A stretch of 64,000 bases of DNA from Octopus bimaculoides (GCF_001194135.2 NC_068983.1:110269225-110333224), one strand, 5' to 3'. Shown: positions 25,160-37,977, counted from the stretch's first letter. Notes: generated by a model from the letters alone, not told the origin. A program made the numbers and translations.

Positions 25160-25326
25160 AACAACATCGAAAAATACCTGAGGAATGAGAACCCAGGTTC
25201 GAAATTTCCCCAAGATACATGAAGAAGGCTGGAGGGTATATCCGCCGAAACGTCGTGTTAACAACAAACAAGATGAGGACAAATATCCGTCGAATGTAAA
25301 TAATGTACATAATTCCTCATCTCTTA
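25160..25326 (+). mobile_element. Penelope-like element pseudo-LTR fragment
   Basis: It contains a minimal hammerhead-type motif, which is characteristic of Penelope-like terminal repeats (established), and follows a CAA run. Confidence 0.55.
25214..25259 (+). ncRNA. Degenerate minimal type I hammerhead ribozyme (C3 mutated to A, probably inactive)
   Basis: GATAC-ATGAAGA-A-GGCTGG-agggtatat-CCGCC-GAAA-CGTC-GTGTT. Stem I GAUAC/GUGUU; core (C>A)UGAAGA; stem II GGC(U)GG/CCGCC; GAAA; minimal ACGU stem III; GUC triplet ending at 25254. Confidence 0.6.
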
Positions 25327-25329
25327 GAA

Positions 25330-26286
25330 TTGTATTGAAACCACTGCCACAAAACAAGCAAAATGGATCAAGCAGACTGCAAAAGAGAACGGGCAGAAAG
25401 AACGTGAGGAACGGTGGAACCAGAAGCCTTTGCATGGACAGTATGTACTTCGAAGTCGAAATGCTGATGTGGATCAAGCAACAACCCATCAATGCCTGAG
25501 AACTTCAGGACTGAAAGCAGAGACTGAAAGTTTCATATTGGCGGAACAAGATCAAAGCTTCCTCACAAAGAACTACCAGGCTAACGTTCTTCGAAACATT
25601 TCTGACCCTAAACACAGACTCTGCGACACATTTGACGAAACATTAAACCATTTCTTCTCTGGATGTCCTGTGCTGACACCAAACGAATGCAAAATTCGCC
25701 ATGATAGGGTAGACAATATATACATTGGAAAATATGTAAACACTAGAAAATCAGTACTTCTGCTTACTAGTATGAGTAGGTCGTTGAAGGTAAAAATGTC
25801 ACTATCCTCTAGGATTTTCCAGTCAACACTGACAGAACAATCCAGGCTAATCGACCAGACATTATTATTAAAGACAGAGAAGTAAATACTTGAAGACTAA
25901 TAGATGTAAGTGTTCCGCATATAAAAATAAACCTGTAAAGGAATTTGACAAATTAAGTAAATATAAGGACCTGGAAATTGAAATACAAAAGATGTGACAT
26001 CTCAAAGCGAGAACTGTTCCTGTAATTGTAGGTGCCCTATGCATGATAAAAAAAGGAATGTCAGAAACATCTAGATAATATTTCAGGAGAACTATGTCTC
26101 TGTTCTGCCCACATCTTTTGAAAAACCCTATCCATTTAAATGTCTGTGTTGTATTACATAAATATATTTCACTACTTCCCCTCTCCAAGCTTTCAGTCAT
26201 CCTGTAACATCTGTCATCATTCAATCGCCCCAGGACAGTGGGTGTGTTTTGGTAAGTGACTGTAACAAAGATGCAGATTAAAAGTA
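25330..26286 (+). mobile_element. R4/Dong-type element, 5'-truncated (subfamily A): zinc knuckle, RLE, 3'UTR
   Basis: WNQKPLHGQY..GLKAETESFILAEQDQS..RLCDTFDETLNHFFSGCPVL..RHDRV (ORF 25430-25885); RPDIIIKD (25852-25875); LIDVSVP; FDKLSKYKDLEIEIQKM*; VPVIVGALCMI. The 3'UTR matches 191-340. Confidence 0.92.
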
Positions 26287-26305
26287 GTAGTAGTAGTAGT
26301 CATAC

Positions 26306-26368
<63 letters not shown>

Positions 26369-26385
26369 CAACAACAACAACAACA
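26287..26385. repeat. Compound (GTA)n-(TAA)n-(CAA)n microsatellite
   Basis: Read directly from the sequence. Confidence 0.95.
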
Positions 26386-26676
26386 AAATACAAAGATCTG
26401 GAAGTAGAAGTAACTGGAATGTGGAGTCTAAAAACAGAAACAATTCCTATCATAGTAACCTCAATAGGTATGATAAGAACATTCAGACAAATACATAACA
26501 AAACCACCAGGACTTACTAGTATATATAACATACAGAAAATATCACTACTAGGCACCGCACACATCCTACGTAAAACACTTTCAATACAGTGAAAATAAG
26601 AGGACCACAACAAACATACCCAAGGCACACAGAGCTCCGCTTGGTTGTGCAGTGAAAGCATGTGATAAAAATAAGA
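26386..26676 (+). mobile_element. R4/Dong-type element 3' fragment (subfamily B)
   Basis: KYKDLEVEVTGMWSLKTETIPIIV..NIQKISLLGTAHILRKTLSIQ* plus a 3'UTR homologous to 767-1038. Confidence 0.88.
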
Positions 26677-26681
26677 CCACC

Positions 26682-26758
<77 letters not shown>

Positions 26759-26815
26759 GTGGTGGTGATGATGATGCTGGTGATGCTGATGATGCTGTTG
26801 ATAATGATAATGCAA
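26682..26815. repeat. (TAA)n followed by (GGT)/(GAT) low-complexity run
   Basis: Read directly from the sequence. Confidence 0.9.
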
Positions 26816-27259
26816 TGATTATAATCATGATGAAATATTATGCCAGATAAAATGCATTACCTTGCAATATAGCTCACTAAAACAAGATAAAAGTAAAGAC
26901 CATTCTCATCTAAATGCGAGACTTTAGCTCAAAAGGGGAATGAAAGTAATACAAGAGTCAGTAATTTGTGTAATCGTATGTATCAGTAATCACATTTTTA
27001 ACTCAGGTGCAAGGAAGTGAAACGACACTACCAGGTTACACAATCGAGCGCACATCTTTAAAAGAGGTTGTGTGTTACTCATAAATTAATATTTTATTTG
27101 TACGGAAAGACATTTCACAAATTCTTGAAGTTGTGAAAAGTAGCAGAGATCACACGCTCTCAAAACATCAAAAATATAAATTGGGTTGTCATTGAAATAC
27201 TTTCCTTTCTTTCCAATATTGTTAGAATTAACACGAAGAATATTTTTATCGTGTTTATT

Positions 27260-28380
27260 TTTTGCAGTTTTCTTCTTCCTTCACGTCCTTTGTTTATCGC
27301 TTTTGAACACAGCATAGATTTTACCACTTTTCAGACATATAACGATAAATTGCCGAGTAGAAAAAGCAGACTAAGCATTTTCCCCACTTCATTTGCTAAC
27401 AAACCAACTATAGAGCTATCAAATCGATCGAAACATTTGTGCCGCTTACAAAAACTACACTATTACTAAATGAACTGCATAGAAATGCTTGTCATGTCAA
27501 GGCGAAATTTGTATCTCACAGACTCTTCGCGTTCCTATCGAGCTGTTCACTTCAATGAGGATAGTTTGAACCAAACCATCGACAAGTATCCGCGCCAATT
27601 CCCTAGAGAATTGGCTCAGCAGAATCCCTCATGGCGTAGAATTCAATATTGTCTCAACGGATAACGTCCAAAAGCTTGGTGCGTATATGCCATACGCTCT
27701 GAACGCTCCACTAGCACTACTGCATTGTTTGCTCGACCCCAGGCTACGCTACTAGTGAACACAAAAAGACATTCCTTTACCACATTGATCATCACCGGTG
27801 TAGAAATGTCGTGAATTTGCGTCATTATGAGGCAGAAGAAAAAATGGCTGAGTTTCCACAAGTAAGCAACCAGGCCAGAGCAACCTCCACGTAAGACAAG
27901 TAAGACAATGATCTGCGTTTGGTGAGATTAGGAAGAGCTAATTTACAACAGTGTTAGAAATCAATCACCCGATCAACGCAGAGCTTTTACGTTTAAAAAA
28001 CTCTACCGGTTCAACGAATCAATCTATATGAAACGGCCCAACTGATAATTCGGCATATTTCTTCTGCATGGTTCGCCTCCACGCCGCTAATTTGACAAAA
28101 ACAAAATGCTATTCAAGAGCTCGTGTGGGAAGATCTACCGCATACACCGCATTCTTCTCATACAGAGCCTTTAGATTATCAGCAGAAAGCTGAAAACGTG
28201 GCTTGATAAATTCCTCGTGTCAAGATTCGATGATTCTCTCAAGGCACTGACAAGAGATCGTGAACAATGAAGGAGGATATATTATTCATTGGCATGTTAA
28301 AAAAGAATTGTTGATAAAAAAAATATTAAGATAAATCGTAAAAACGAATGATTTCATCTGGCAGAAAAATTAGAAAGGCA
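27260..28380 (+). mobile_element. Degenerate mariner (Tc1/mariner) transposon with pseudogenised transposase
   Basis: FNEDSLNQTIDKYPRQFPRELAQ; KLGAYMPYAL (cf. WVPHEL); IITGVEM (cf. TGDEKW); KTMICVW*D; NHPINAEL; LHGS (cf. HDNA); IQELVWEDLPHTPHSSHTEPLDY (cf. YSPDLAPSDY). The first two catalytic Asp residues are mutated and there are frameshifts. Confidence 0.88.
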
Positions 28381-31300
28381 GTTTGAAGACAGGAGTTATA
28401 ACGTTAAAGTCTAAAATATGTAATCAAAAACATGATCTGAAAATTTAAATATAATTTACTTAAATTCGTGTCTTCAACAGAGCACAATATTTATAAAAGA
28501 TACTCCGCCAGAAGAACAAGCTAGAAACTTATATGGAGCAAAAATACGTTCAACAAAAGTTCAACAAACATACTCCTCACAACGCATTTTAGTGCCTATT
28601 TTGATGCCTGCATTTATTTCTCTGTACTGGTCTATACAAGAACGTAGCGAGATTGAGGGGCAAAAACACACAAATAGCTCAATTTTGGACATGTTGAGAT
28701 TATTGGGAAGCTAGACAAATTATATTTTTCCTACAAGGAAGTGGAGAACTGCGGTATTAAATCAGCAATACTATTACCTTTGTTGTAACACTGAAGCCAC
28801 ATTTCCAGTAGTGAAAACTTTTCAGCAAATATCACATTCAAGCTTGTAAGCATGAATACAAAATTACTATTAGTAAGAGTGAACTTATGAAGACAAATGT
28901 ATTGTAAGCTCATCCTTGTCACTTTCCAAGGAATAACATATCACAAAAAATAAAAATAAAAACGACTAGACCAGTTTGCTGAGAAGTGCATAGGTACTTA
29001 AAAAACACAGAGCATAGAGGGAATAAACTGAGTAAATACGATTTAAAATATTTTATCTTTTAAGCTATCTTGAAGAAATAAAATACTCTACCTTATACTC
29101 AAAAGACAAGAAGAACCAGCTGAATATTCAAAAACCAACTGTAAACATTAGCCACATGTCTACAAGATATCATCTTTCGATAATGCGTATTTGGCCATCA
29201 GATCGATCTGGAATACCTTAATGGAGTAAGAAACAACAAAAAATAAACAGACGCGCATTGAAAATAATTGATCGAAATAATATTATTAGAACCTGAAAAT
29301 AAAACAAGCAACCAAATTAAAACACACGCCCATTTTAAAACAACGTGGTAATAAAATTAGACGAGAAAGAAAACATCTATGGCCCATTAGTGAATTTGCT
29401 AATGAAGGACCAACATTACAGCTGCAACTTTAAATCCATTATTATTGGAAGGAAAGCATATATTTAGCCCTCTTAGATCAAAGTATTATCGAATTTGAAT
29501 TCTTGAATTCATGCACTACACAATTTCCTGATATTAGGGACAATCAAAACCGGCAAAATCAACAAGACCTTAATATTTAAAAAGTAAATGATATCGAAGA
29601 AGGAATATAAACAAGTAGAGATTCACTCGATTGTATAGTATTTCCATGTGATCTCGTAACAGAGCCTACGGCTATCCAAGATAAAATCGAAAACGTCAGT
29701 AATAAAAGAGATTATATGCATGTATACATGCACTCATACATATTTCAATGTATATATACTCAACATATGTATATATACTAAATATATGTATACTGAAGGT
29801 GAATCGTTAGTAATGCAAAAAGATATCACAAAACAATTTTGCTTGCTCGCATTAATTTTCTTTAATGTTCGAGTTGGCTTTTACAGTGCACTAGTATATA
29901 TTTGAAATATGACGGCCATGTTGCAATGAAAGAATGTCTCTTTTAATAAGTAATATCCTGATACAATGATAAACGTTTCTGAATTCCTGGGAGAGTTTAA
30001 ATGTTTTAGACGTATACAAATTAAATTTGAGAACTATTATTTGTATTATTATATGTATTTGCTTTGGAGTATTCATGAGATTTCGCGTGACATACATTAT
30101 GCCGTTTGAATTATTACTGCAGTGTACACCTATTCCCCATAGATCTAAGCAACTTTATTGACATTAGGGTAAATGTTCCTTGGCCATGGTATGAAAAGTT
30201 GCATATACTGTACAGTCTGTAAGAAGACTGAACTGGCAAATTCAATTTTGTGTTATTTAGACTAGCAATGCTTTACAAAACCAACATAGAGTACCATTGC
30301 AGAACTGAGGTCAGTCATAGGAATAGAAATACAATTAGTGAGATTGTTTGACAAGCTGTTATACTTGTGTTATGAAGAAGTACTTTAAGACTTTCTACAT
30401 TTAATATTTTGAAATTATGACGATAGAAATAACAGGGTCTCGAAGACTGTCGTTCCAGGAACATCACCGGTAGAATTTTTGGAATTTGAAGAATGAATTG
30501 CCCCGTCCTTTATTTCAGCAGGTGATCCATTCTGTCAACAGCTGACCCATTCTCAAAGGTATGATTAGCATTGACTGTGGATGCAAAATGAAAGAAGAGA
30601 TATGACTACAATATTAGTAATGGCAGGGTGACGCTGAATGTCATGTGATTCAACATCTTTAACCTTAAAATCCGACTCGTGACTTTTACATTAGAGGTTT
30701 CCACATCGAGAGGGAAGTTCTCCCTAATATTTTTATATATTTCTGGAGGCATTTTCATCATTAATATTTCTAGTACTTGAAATGTGCTGGTACTGAAGAT
30801 CACACCCACTCTTTCGATGTCTTTCCTTCCTACGAAGAGAGCCATCAATTCTTTGCTGGTCCTCCCCAACTAGCACGAAGTTTTGTGTTTCTATGGTTGG
30901 TTGTTGCTATTGGGACTGTTTCCTTTTCGTGGGTTGTTGCAGTTCTAGTAGTGTTGGTGGAGCTGGTTGTGATAATGGTAGAAGTGTTGACGATTCCAGT
31001 GCTGGGAGGTATGGTGGTGGTGGTTGCGATGCTGTCAGAGGCTGCTGTGGTTGCGTTTTCTATGTGTTTTGGTGTATGTTAATATGGAGCATGATGATTT
31101 ACTGTGTTCGCTCTTTGGTTGTTTTGGTTTTTAAGGTTCCGCTACCTTTTCCCTGCGTGTTGCAGATAAATCCGTGTTTGTGGAATCAGGGTGCGAATTT
31201 ATGGATGCTTTTCAGTTCGGAGTAGACGGAGAGAAGGAGGGAGCAGGAGAGCTTTGCTTGGAGAGTCCCTGGGTGTTGTGTGTTTCCGTTATCATTGTTC

Positions 31301-31462
31301 TTTCTGCTGTTGAAAATTTAATGAGAATTATTTACTCGGATATAGTCCAACACTTTGTCAGTTATTTCAAGCTCCATTTGTTCCCAATGTTTTGGGATAG
31401 ATTTCGATGCAGCGTTTTATCGCTGTTACATGTTAAACGTCCCCGGTGTTCTCCTTATTTTA

Positions 31463-31463
<1 letters not shown>

Positions 31464-31531
<68 letters not shown>
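31464..31531. repeat. (TTA)n microsatellite
   Basis: Read directly from the sequence. Confidence 0.95.
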
Positions 31532-31532
<1 letters not shown>

Positions 31533-31533
31533 G

Positions 31534-31770
31534 ATAGGGCGGCAAGTTGTGAGAATCGTTAGCACACCGGAAAAAATGCCTAGCGGCATTTCGTTCATCC
31601 TTACATTCAAATGCCTAGCAGCATTTCGTTCGTCCTTACATTCAAATGCCTCCGAGATCGACCCTACTTTTTATCCTTTCGGTGTTGATAAAATAAGCAC
31701 CCACTGAACCATGGAGTGAATGTAAAAGTTGCTGGCCTTGTTCCTTGTGTAGAAAAAATTATTATTGTCA
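31534..31770 (+). mobile_element. tRNA-derived SINE with an internal 35-bp tandem duplication
   Basis: Head GGCGGCAAGTTGTGAGAATCGTTAGCACACCGG. The unit AAATGCCTAGC(G/A)GCATTTCGTTC(A/G)TCCTTACATTC occurs at 31574 and 31609. Tail CCTTTCGGTGTTGATAAAATAAGCAC. Confidence 0.85.
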
Positions 31771-33099
31771 TTATAATTTTCCTTCATCAAGAGCTTTGTT
31801 CGAAATTTTGTGTCATCATCAAACGTGCACAAGTTGTCCAGTATTGTGTATAGTACTGTGGTTTTTAAGGTACATGAAACGGTTTTTGTGTTACTCGTAA
31901 TTTGTTTTGTGTTGTGCAGTTCGTTTTACTATTCTTAGTTCTTTAGTATTTCACTTGTTATGAATGCCTATTATGTAAATGACGTTGCTTTTTGATTCAT
32001 CTCAATTCAGTTTTGATTTGGCGCGTCTCTCAGTGAAAGATGGCCCAACTGCGAAATGTTGCTTCGTCTTGAGTGTCACTTTTGTTCATTGAAGTCCTGT
32101 AATATTAATTGGTGCTGATTATTCAGCATATTTGTTGTCTAAATTGTGCTACAAGATTAAGAAATAGTCACAGAGGAAGCTTACAGGAGCAATTCAATGA
32201 TTGAATTGGATGTACGTTTCGTAGCAAGTGACATTTCCTCGCTAGCTCTAATTCTATTCTCTGTAAATTCAATAGTTTAAAACATAGCCAGTTTATCACT
32301 TATTGAAACAATAGAGATCTTTGTGTTTTGTTAGAATTTCATCATCTTTTCAGCAAGTTTCTATCGGAGGCCTTGATTCTCTACAGCAAATCTCGTACAT
32401 TACATTTTTGAATTTCATTCAGTGATTTTTCAGCTTTAATGTTTTAGAAGTTGAATTACCCGTTTTCTGAATGAAGCAGAATACTGGGAATATAGGTGCT
32501 TTTCTCGACAAATTGTTTGATACCTTTTGAAGTACAATTTTTATTTTCGTTATAATTTATTTTTTCTCTTGCGTTGTGCTTAGCGAAATCTTTACATTGG
32601 TGTAAGTTGTTTTTAGGGTGTACTGTATTGATTTGTTTTAATATGGATAACTACGCATTATTCTTCAAGTTATCCTATTAAACAAATGAGTCATTACTTT
32701 GTAATAGCTCCCTGTAATCAATCTACAAAGGATGTAGAATAGTGCTTTCGGAGAGTAAAATATAGATTTCTACGTTTATTATCTTGGCTTCAGTTCATCT
32801 AACTTCTAATATATTATACTGAAACCGACATTTATGACTGGGGTTGCTCTTGTATTTATACTTATTGTCTTATTTCTGATACTGTGATAGGACATAATAT
32901 AATCCAGACTCCTCTTCAGCACGCTTTCTAATTTCCGTCTTATAACTATACATTTCATTTAGAAAGTAATTGTATGGGAGATTCTATTCAAATTCTTCAA
33001 TTTTAGTGTCTAATAGTAAATAATGGTATCAATTTTAATTAATTTGTCAGACATTAGCGTAGCAACTAAGATATTTCAGCTGTTTTAGCTGTTTTTCTC

Positions 33100-33480
33100 T
33101 TTGATGCTTTGAACGTTCTCGTTATTATTGTCAATTGTAGTAGTGGTGTTGTGTCAGACTTGATCGGAGAGATCAATGGCACTTAGATATGTAGGCAGAC
33201 CATTGTGTAGCCCAATCAGTTAACCATTCTAAAGATATGTGAGCGCAATACTCGTAGACCTAGGTTTTTTCTGGGCTTTAATACGACAGTGATGCTTTTC
33301 AGTATAAATATACTAGTAAATTTGAAGTGTCAGCATGTATAATTGCAGATGTTGCCGAATACTAGAATCTTTTTTGGCCCAACATGTTTTTATTTGTATG
33401 TTTGAAATCTTTGCCTCCTCTGGCTTGTTCCCGTTTAAGATTTGCCACTATCTGATTTGATGTCTGGTGGATGATGGCGT
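33100..33480 (-). mobile_element. Highly degraded LINE APE-endonuclease remnant
   Basis: Minus strand ILVFGNI (33368-33348, cf. ILGDFN) is followed about 48 codons later by NGLPTYLSAIDL (33204-33169, cf. N.G.PT..SAIDL). Decayed LINE sequence probably extends further on both sides. Confidence 0.45.
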
Positions 33481-34149
33481 TCTAAAGCATATATCTTTGT
33501 TCTGAGTTTCGGTATTCTCGGATAAGTCTGCTTTATTTTGTTACTGTAGAGTGGTTGTAATATTTGAAATTGTTATTCTGACGTTTAAGGTTGTGTAACC
33601 ATTATTAGAATTGCTTGATACACCGTTTCTACAATCAATTACTTTATATACTGTTCAACTGCTTGATATGTAGTTTATCATGGATATAAATGATTGCTTT
33701 CCTATGGTATATAGCTTTCTTCATGCCTAATTTTAATTCTGTTTTATTCGGTGTTGCGTTTTCGTTGGAATTTGTTTCTAGTTCTTAAGAAAATAACTGT
33801 TGAAATAGCATAACAGTCATTGCATTTAATTATATTTTTCAAATAATAAAGAATTACTTTGCTGACTATATACTACAGTACGAGTTTCATGAATGAAGTT
33901 AGTGTCGAGTTGTGAGGATATCAATTACGCTCCTTGTTGGTTCCAATATACCGCCTTGGATTTGTGAAAATGTTGAATGAGTGTTGGAAGGTCGGATTAT
34001 ATATAATTTGCTCCGACCACTAGAACATTGCGTGGTTTTATTTTGCCTATTTTTAATAGGGTAAAACGTTTAAATCGCCTTTCATTGGAAAAATATATTT
34101 TCCAACGCTCTTCAGTGTTGCGCATGTCATTTATTTATTTACTGCTTTT

Positions 34150-34560
34150 GAATATGCTATGCAGTAAACTCAGCATTATATTCTGCGAACATTACATTCC
34201 ATTTCGTACATTTTCTTTCACGGATACGTTTTGCTATATCTTTAGTGAGGTGGTAAATGGTGCAATGTGGATAAAGCCCTGGTAATATAATGTCTTCTGG
34301 GTTAATAAGAGTCAGGATAGCGATCATCAAGAAATACGAGGCCAAGTTAAAATTCACTGCAACATTTATTCCAACACAAAAAAAAATACAGCAACTGGTA
34401 TAAAATGAATAAATCTGCCAAATAAAATAAATAGTTTCAAAGTGCTTTTTAAAGATGAAGATGAACTTTGGAAAAACACAAAGCATGATGTCAAGGAATC
34501 CTGCTACAATTCTCTCCTCACTGAAGCTGCAAAGCGGAATAAAACTGCTCTCATGCCGAA
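34150..34560 (+). mobile_element. Degraded RTE-like LINE endonuclease C-terminal fragment
   Basis: FCEHYI..FTDTF..MWIKP (cf. FC..TNTFF..TW.HP), QDSDHQEIRGQVKI (SDH motif) and EDELWKNTK, in the expected order. Confidence 0.5.
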
Positions 34561-35810
34561 GATCCAAACTCGTTCGTTGCGACTCACCTCTAAAAAGAAT
34601 TAGCTGGAAAATCTTCCCCTAAATAGCTGATGTTGGGACGCTCGGCTACCCTATAACAATAAGGGGTGAGTAACCTACGTAAAGCTACATGGACTTGACC
34701 ATCATGTGATGAGTCTAAAGGTAAAGGGGTGAAATGCAGAGACCTCAAGGTAAAGTGCAAACACACATCTTCTACATATCTAAAATATTACATACATTTC
34801 ATTTGTCATTTCTTTCAAGATTGTTAAATGGAATTTACTTTTAAATTATCCCTCGAAGTCATACAAATTTGAATTTAGATATAGTCCTCCTCAACAATAA
34901 AAAATAATAAAGTAAAAGCAGTTAAAATATTTAACAGAAACAATACTTAATTTTCTCGTCTAAAATTCAAACAAACATAAAACCAATTTATTCACGGTAC
35001 TCCTAAGTTTATATATTAGAAAACAAATATTTGTAGCAAATTTCATTTGAATACAAAATACAGTTTTTCTGCTAAACATTCGAATAAAATAAATGCATAA
35101 AAAATGCATTTTCAATCAAACATCTAATGGATGAACAAATGAAAAAAAAAAAAAAATCTGAAGTAAGTTTCTGGCATTTCAGACGAAGATAGTTTAGGTT
35201 AAATTATCACTACAGGTAGAAGTTTACTGCAGTTTAAGTAAATTTTAAAAACAGTATTTTCGATGAAATACATGAAAAGTTTTAATATCTTGAATAATCA
35301 ATAAATTAAGACAAGATTAAAATTTTGGAAATAATTTTGTTTCTCTTATGTGAACTAATTTTGCCTGGTATTTCTTATTTTATATATAATATATGACGGA
35401 TCTATTAACAAATCTCCAGAAGTAATCTACTTAATGTAAAAGATTTACTTATTTATCTCTTCTCTGAATAATCGATTCGTTGCTATCATAGCATCTCGAG
35501 AGAATTAGGAGTGATTTATAATTATTTCTTAGAGAATAAATCTGCAAGTGAATAGGAGTATACAAACGACTTTCTAGTATATTATGGTAGGAAGACATAT
35601 GATCAGACAAAGCTAGTCAGTTATATACCTGTGTGTATGAAATTAGTCTTCAATGTTAAACAATGTATGGCGGTTCCATTGTGAACACCTTTTACTGGAC
35701 AGTTTTTATTATATATCAGCAGTAACAATTTAGGTCAACATTTTTATTTTTACGCAATAAACGTTAAATACAAGTAAAAATAATGCTGTGTTGAAATACG
35801 TAAACATACT

Positions 35811-36195
35811 TTTTTGTTGGCATTCCGTCGCTTACGACGTCGAGGGTTCCAGTTGATCCGATCAGCGGAACAGCCTGCTCGTGAAATTAACGTGTAAGTG
35901 ACTGAGCACTGCACAGACACGTGTACCATTAACGTAGTTCTCGGGGATATTCAGCGTGACACAGTGTGACAAGGCTGACCCTTTGAATTACAGGCACAAC
36001 AGAAACAGGAAGCAAGAGTGAGAGAAAGTTGTGGTGAAAGAGTACAGCAGGGTTCGCCACAATCCCCTGCCGGAGCCTCGTGGGGCTTTAGGTGTTTTCG
36101 ATCAATAAACACTCACAACACCGGGTCTGGTAATCGAAACCGCGATCCTATGACTGCGAGTCCGCTGCCCTAACCACTGGGCCATTGCGCCTCCT
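35811..36195 (-). mobile_element. Full-length young tRNA-derived SINE with 12-bp target-site duplication
   Basis: Minus-strand head GGAGGCGCAA-TGGCCCAGTGG (A box, 36184-36174) and GGTTTCGATTACC (B box, 36141-36129), with an A-rich tail. CGTAAACATACT is repeated exactly at 35799-35810 and 36196-36207. Confidence 0.95.
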
Positions 36196-36329
36196 CGTAA
36201 ACATACTACACTGGTAGGAAAAGGAGAGCAATTAAATAAAGTAAAATACTTCCTTGTTCGTGATAGAAGCCTCCAGATTGCCCATTTTCTAAAAGTGCTT
36301 CTCTAATTAATAGAAGGTGGCTATGGGTT

Positions 36330-36760
36330 GCATAAAGCAAGGTTCCTGAATTTATCGTTGATAAACATTTCAGTAACTAGTTGAATAAAGCATCCTTAAT
36401 TGCATATCGTATCATTTACGATCTGTAGACTCACTGATGTCATACTCAGAGATTCATTCATAGCATAACTTGCACACTGGTTTGATACTCATGTTATCGC
36501 CTTAGACATATCCAAAGCATTTAACACGGTAAAACCATGAAAATGGCTTCATAAACTGACCATCTATTACATATCTAATAGAGACTTCTACGCTATCAAA
36601 TTAATCGCAACGAGAAGAATTATGAGAATTGAAATTATAAACCCTCCCTCTCACACATACAAATCATTGCCAGAATGCCACAGAAATTTGTGCTGCTATC
36701 CACGCACTTCCTGCTGTTTGAAAATGATTTACCCGACAAAGTAATAGACTATACTATACT
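36330..36760 (+). mobile_element. CR1/Jockey-group LINE RT fragment
   Basis: SKVPEFIV; HVIALDISKAFNTV..WLHKL (cf. ALDISKAFDRVWH..LLHKL); MPQKFVLLSTHFLLFENDLPD (cf. VPQGSVLGP.LFL.FINDLP). Confidence 0.72.
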
Positions 36761-37977
36761 TAATAGTATCACCTCTATCAACGTCACACGCATGGAAATG
36801 ATATGAAATCTTTTCAGTAATATTAACGGCTCCAAAAAATAGGAAAACAAATGCTTCCAATAGAAACCTATAAGCCAGAGGTCGTGAATATTCTTTTCCT
36901 TTTCATGCCTGATACTCAGAATTTAAAAATAATTCTAAGTATGTATCATTTGTGCTTCCTAGCCCAGCTTTCGGCAACTGAAAGCAACATCCAAGTGTTT
37001 GTCCGGGTATTTCTAACTCCATCTTGACAATTAAATTTATTGAGAGTGCCCCAGCGTGTGTAATTCATCACTGAATGAATATTCCAGAGTTACTCTCTAT
37101 CACTGGCTTTTGTATGAATGACGTATTCATAATATCACCAATGCTGAAAGTCATACTCGTCGGAAATTTCTGACAAATGAAAAAGTTATATGTCACTAGA
37201 TCTTTGACAGCTTTGAATAGAAACGTGAGAGATGTAGTTTACGTTTGAGCTTATCATATTGAACTAAGCGGATTGTTTATTAAATAAATTGTATATTACC
37301 ATGGTATTAAATATCTATTCTGCTTTCGTTATCGCTCACTAACATATATACATACACACATGCATACATAGGTATATCTACAAATTCACTCATATTCGCT
37401 CGCACACATACTGCGCACACGTACACAGACATATGAAGGCATTCATAACACACACATACACATGTAATCTTGTGACAGTTTTATGTCTCCAATGTTCAAA
37501 CAAAATTTGAGAATCGAGACAAGAAACCGCTAATAAGAACATTTAGATAAGGAAATCTATAATTAGGTGAATATATAAATCAAATGCATGTGAAAATTGA
37601 AATTAAATAAAAAAAATATCTGAATTGGATGCATATGCAAAGAAGAAACATGGCTGTATCTGAACAAGAACAGCGCTTTGTAAATGTTTTTGGCTTAAAA
37701 TACCTGTAGTTAATAAAATTCAATCATACCATTATATGTATATATATGTTATTTATTTTTATTAATATCTTACTAAATTGTTATTTGTTTAGATTTCATC
37801 TTTGTATAAGCAAGCAATAAAATAATTTCTATTTTTACACTTAAGCATAATAAAACGCTTCCATTTTGTCGACATTATCGCCGCGTTAATTCATTCAACA
37901 TGTCTCATTTAACATATCTATCTTCAAGATCGGACATCCTGATGCGTAGTTGTTAAGAATCTATCTATCAATCTACC

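Noticed and set aside
28780-28950. Minus-strand CDIC*KVF resembling a C2H2 zinc finger
   Set aside because: It has an internal stop, lacks the His pair and TGEKP linker, and occurs once.
36129-36194. tRNA-like sequence with A and B boxes
   Set aside because: It is the head of a SINE with a TSD, not a tRNA gene; the same applies to the other SINE heads.
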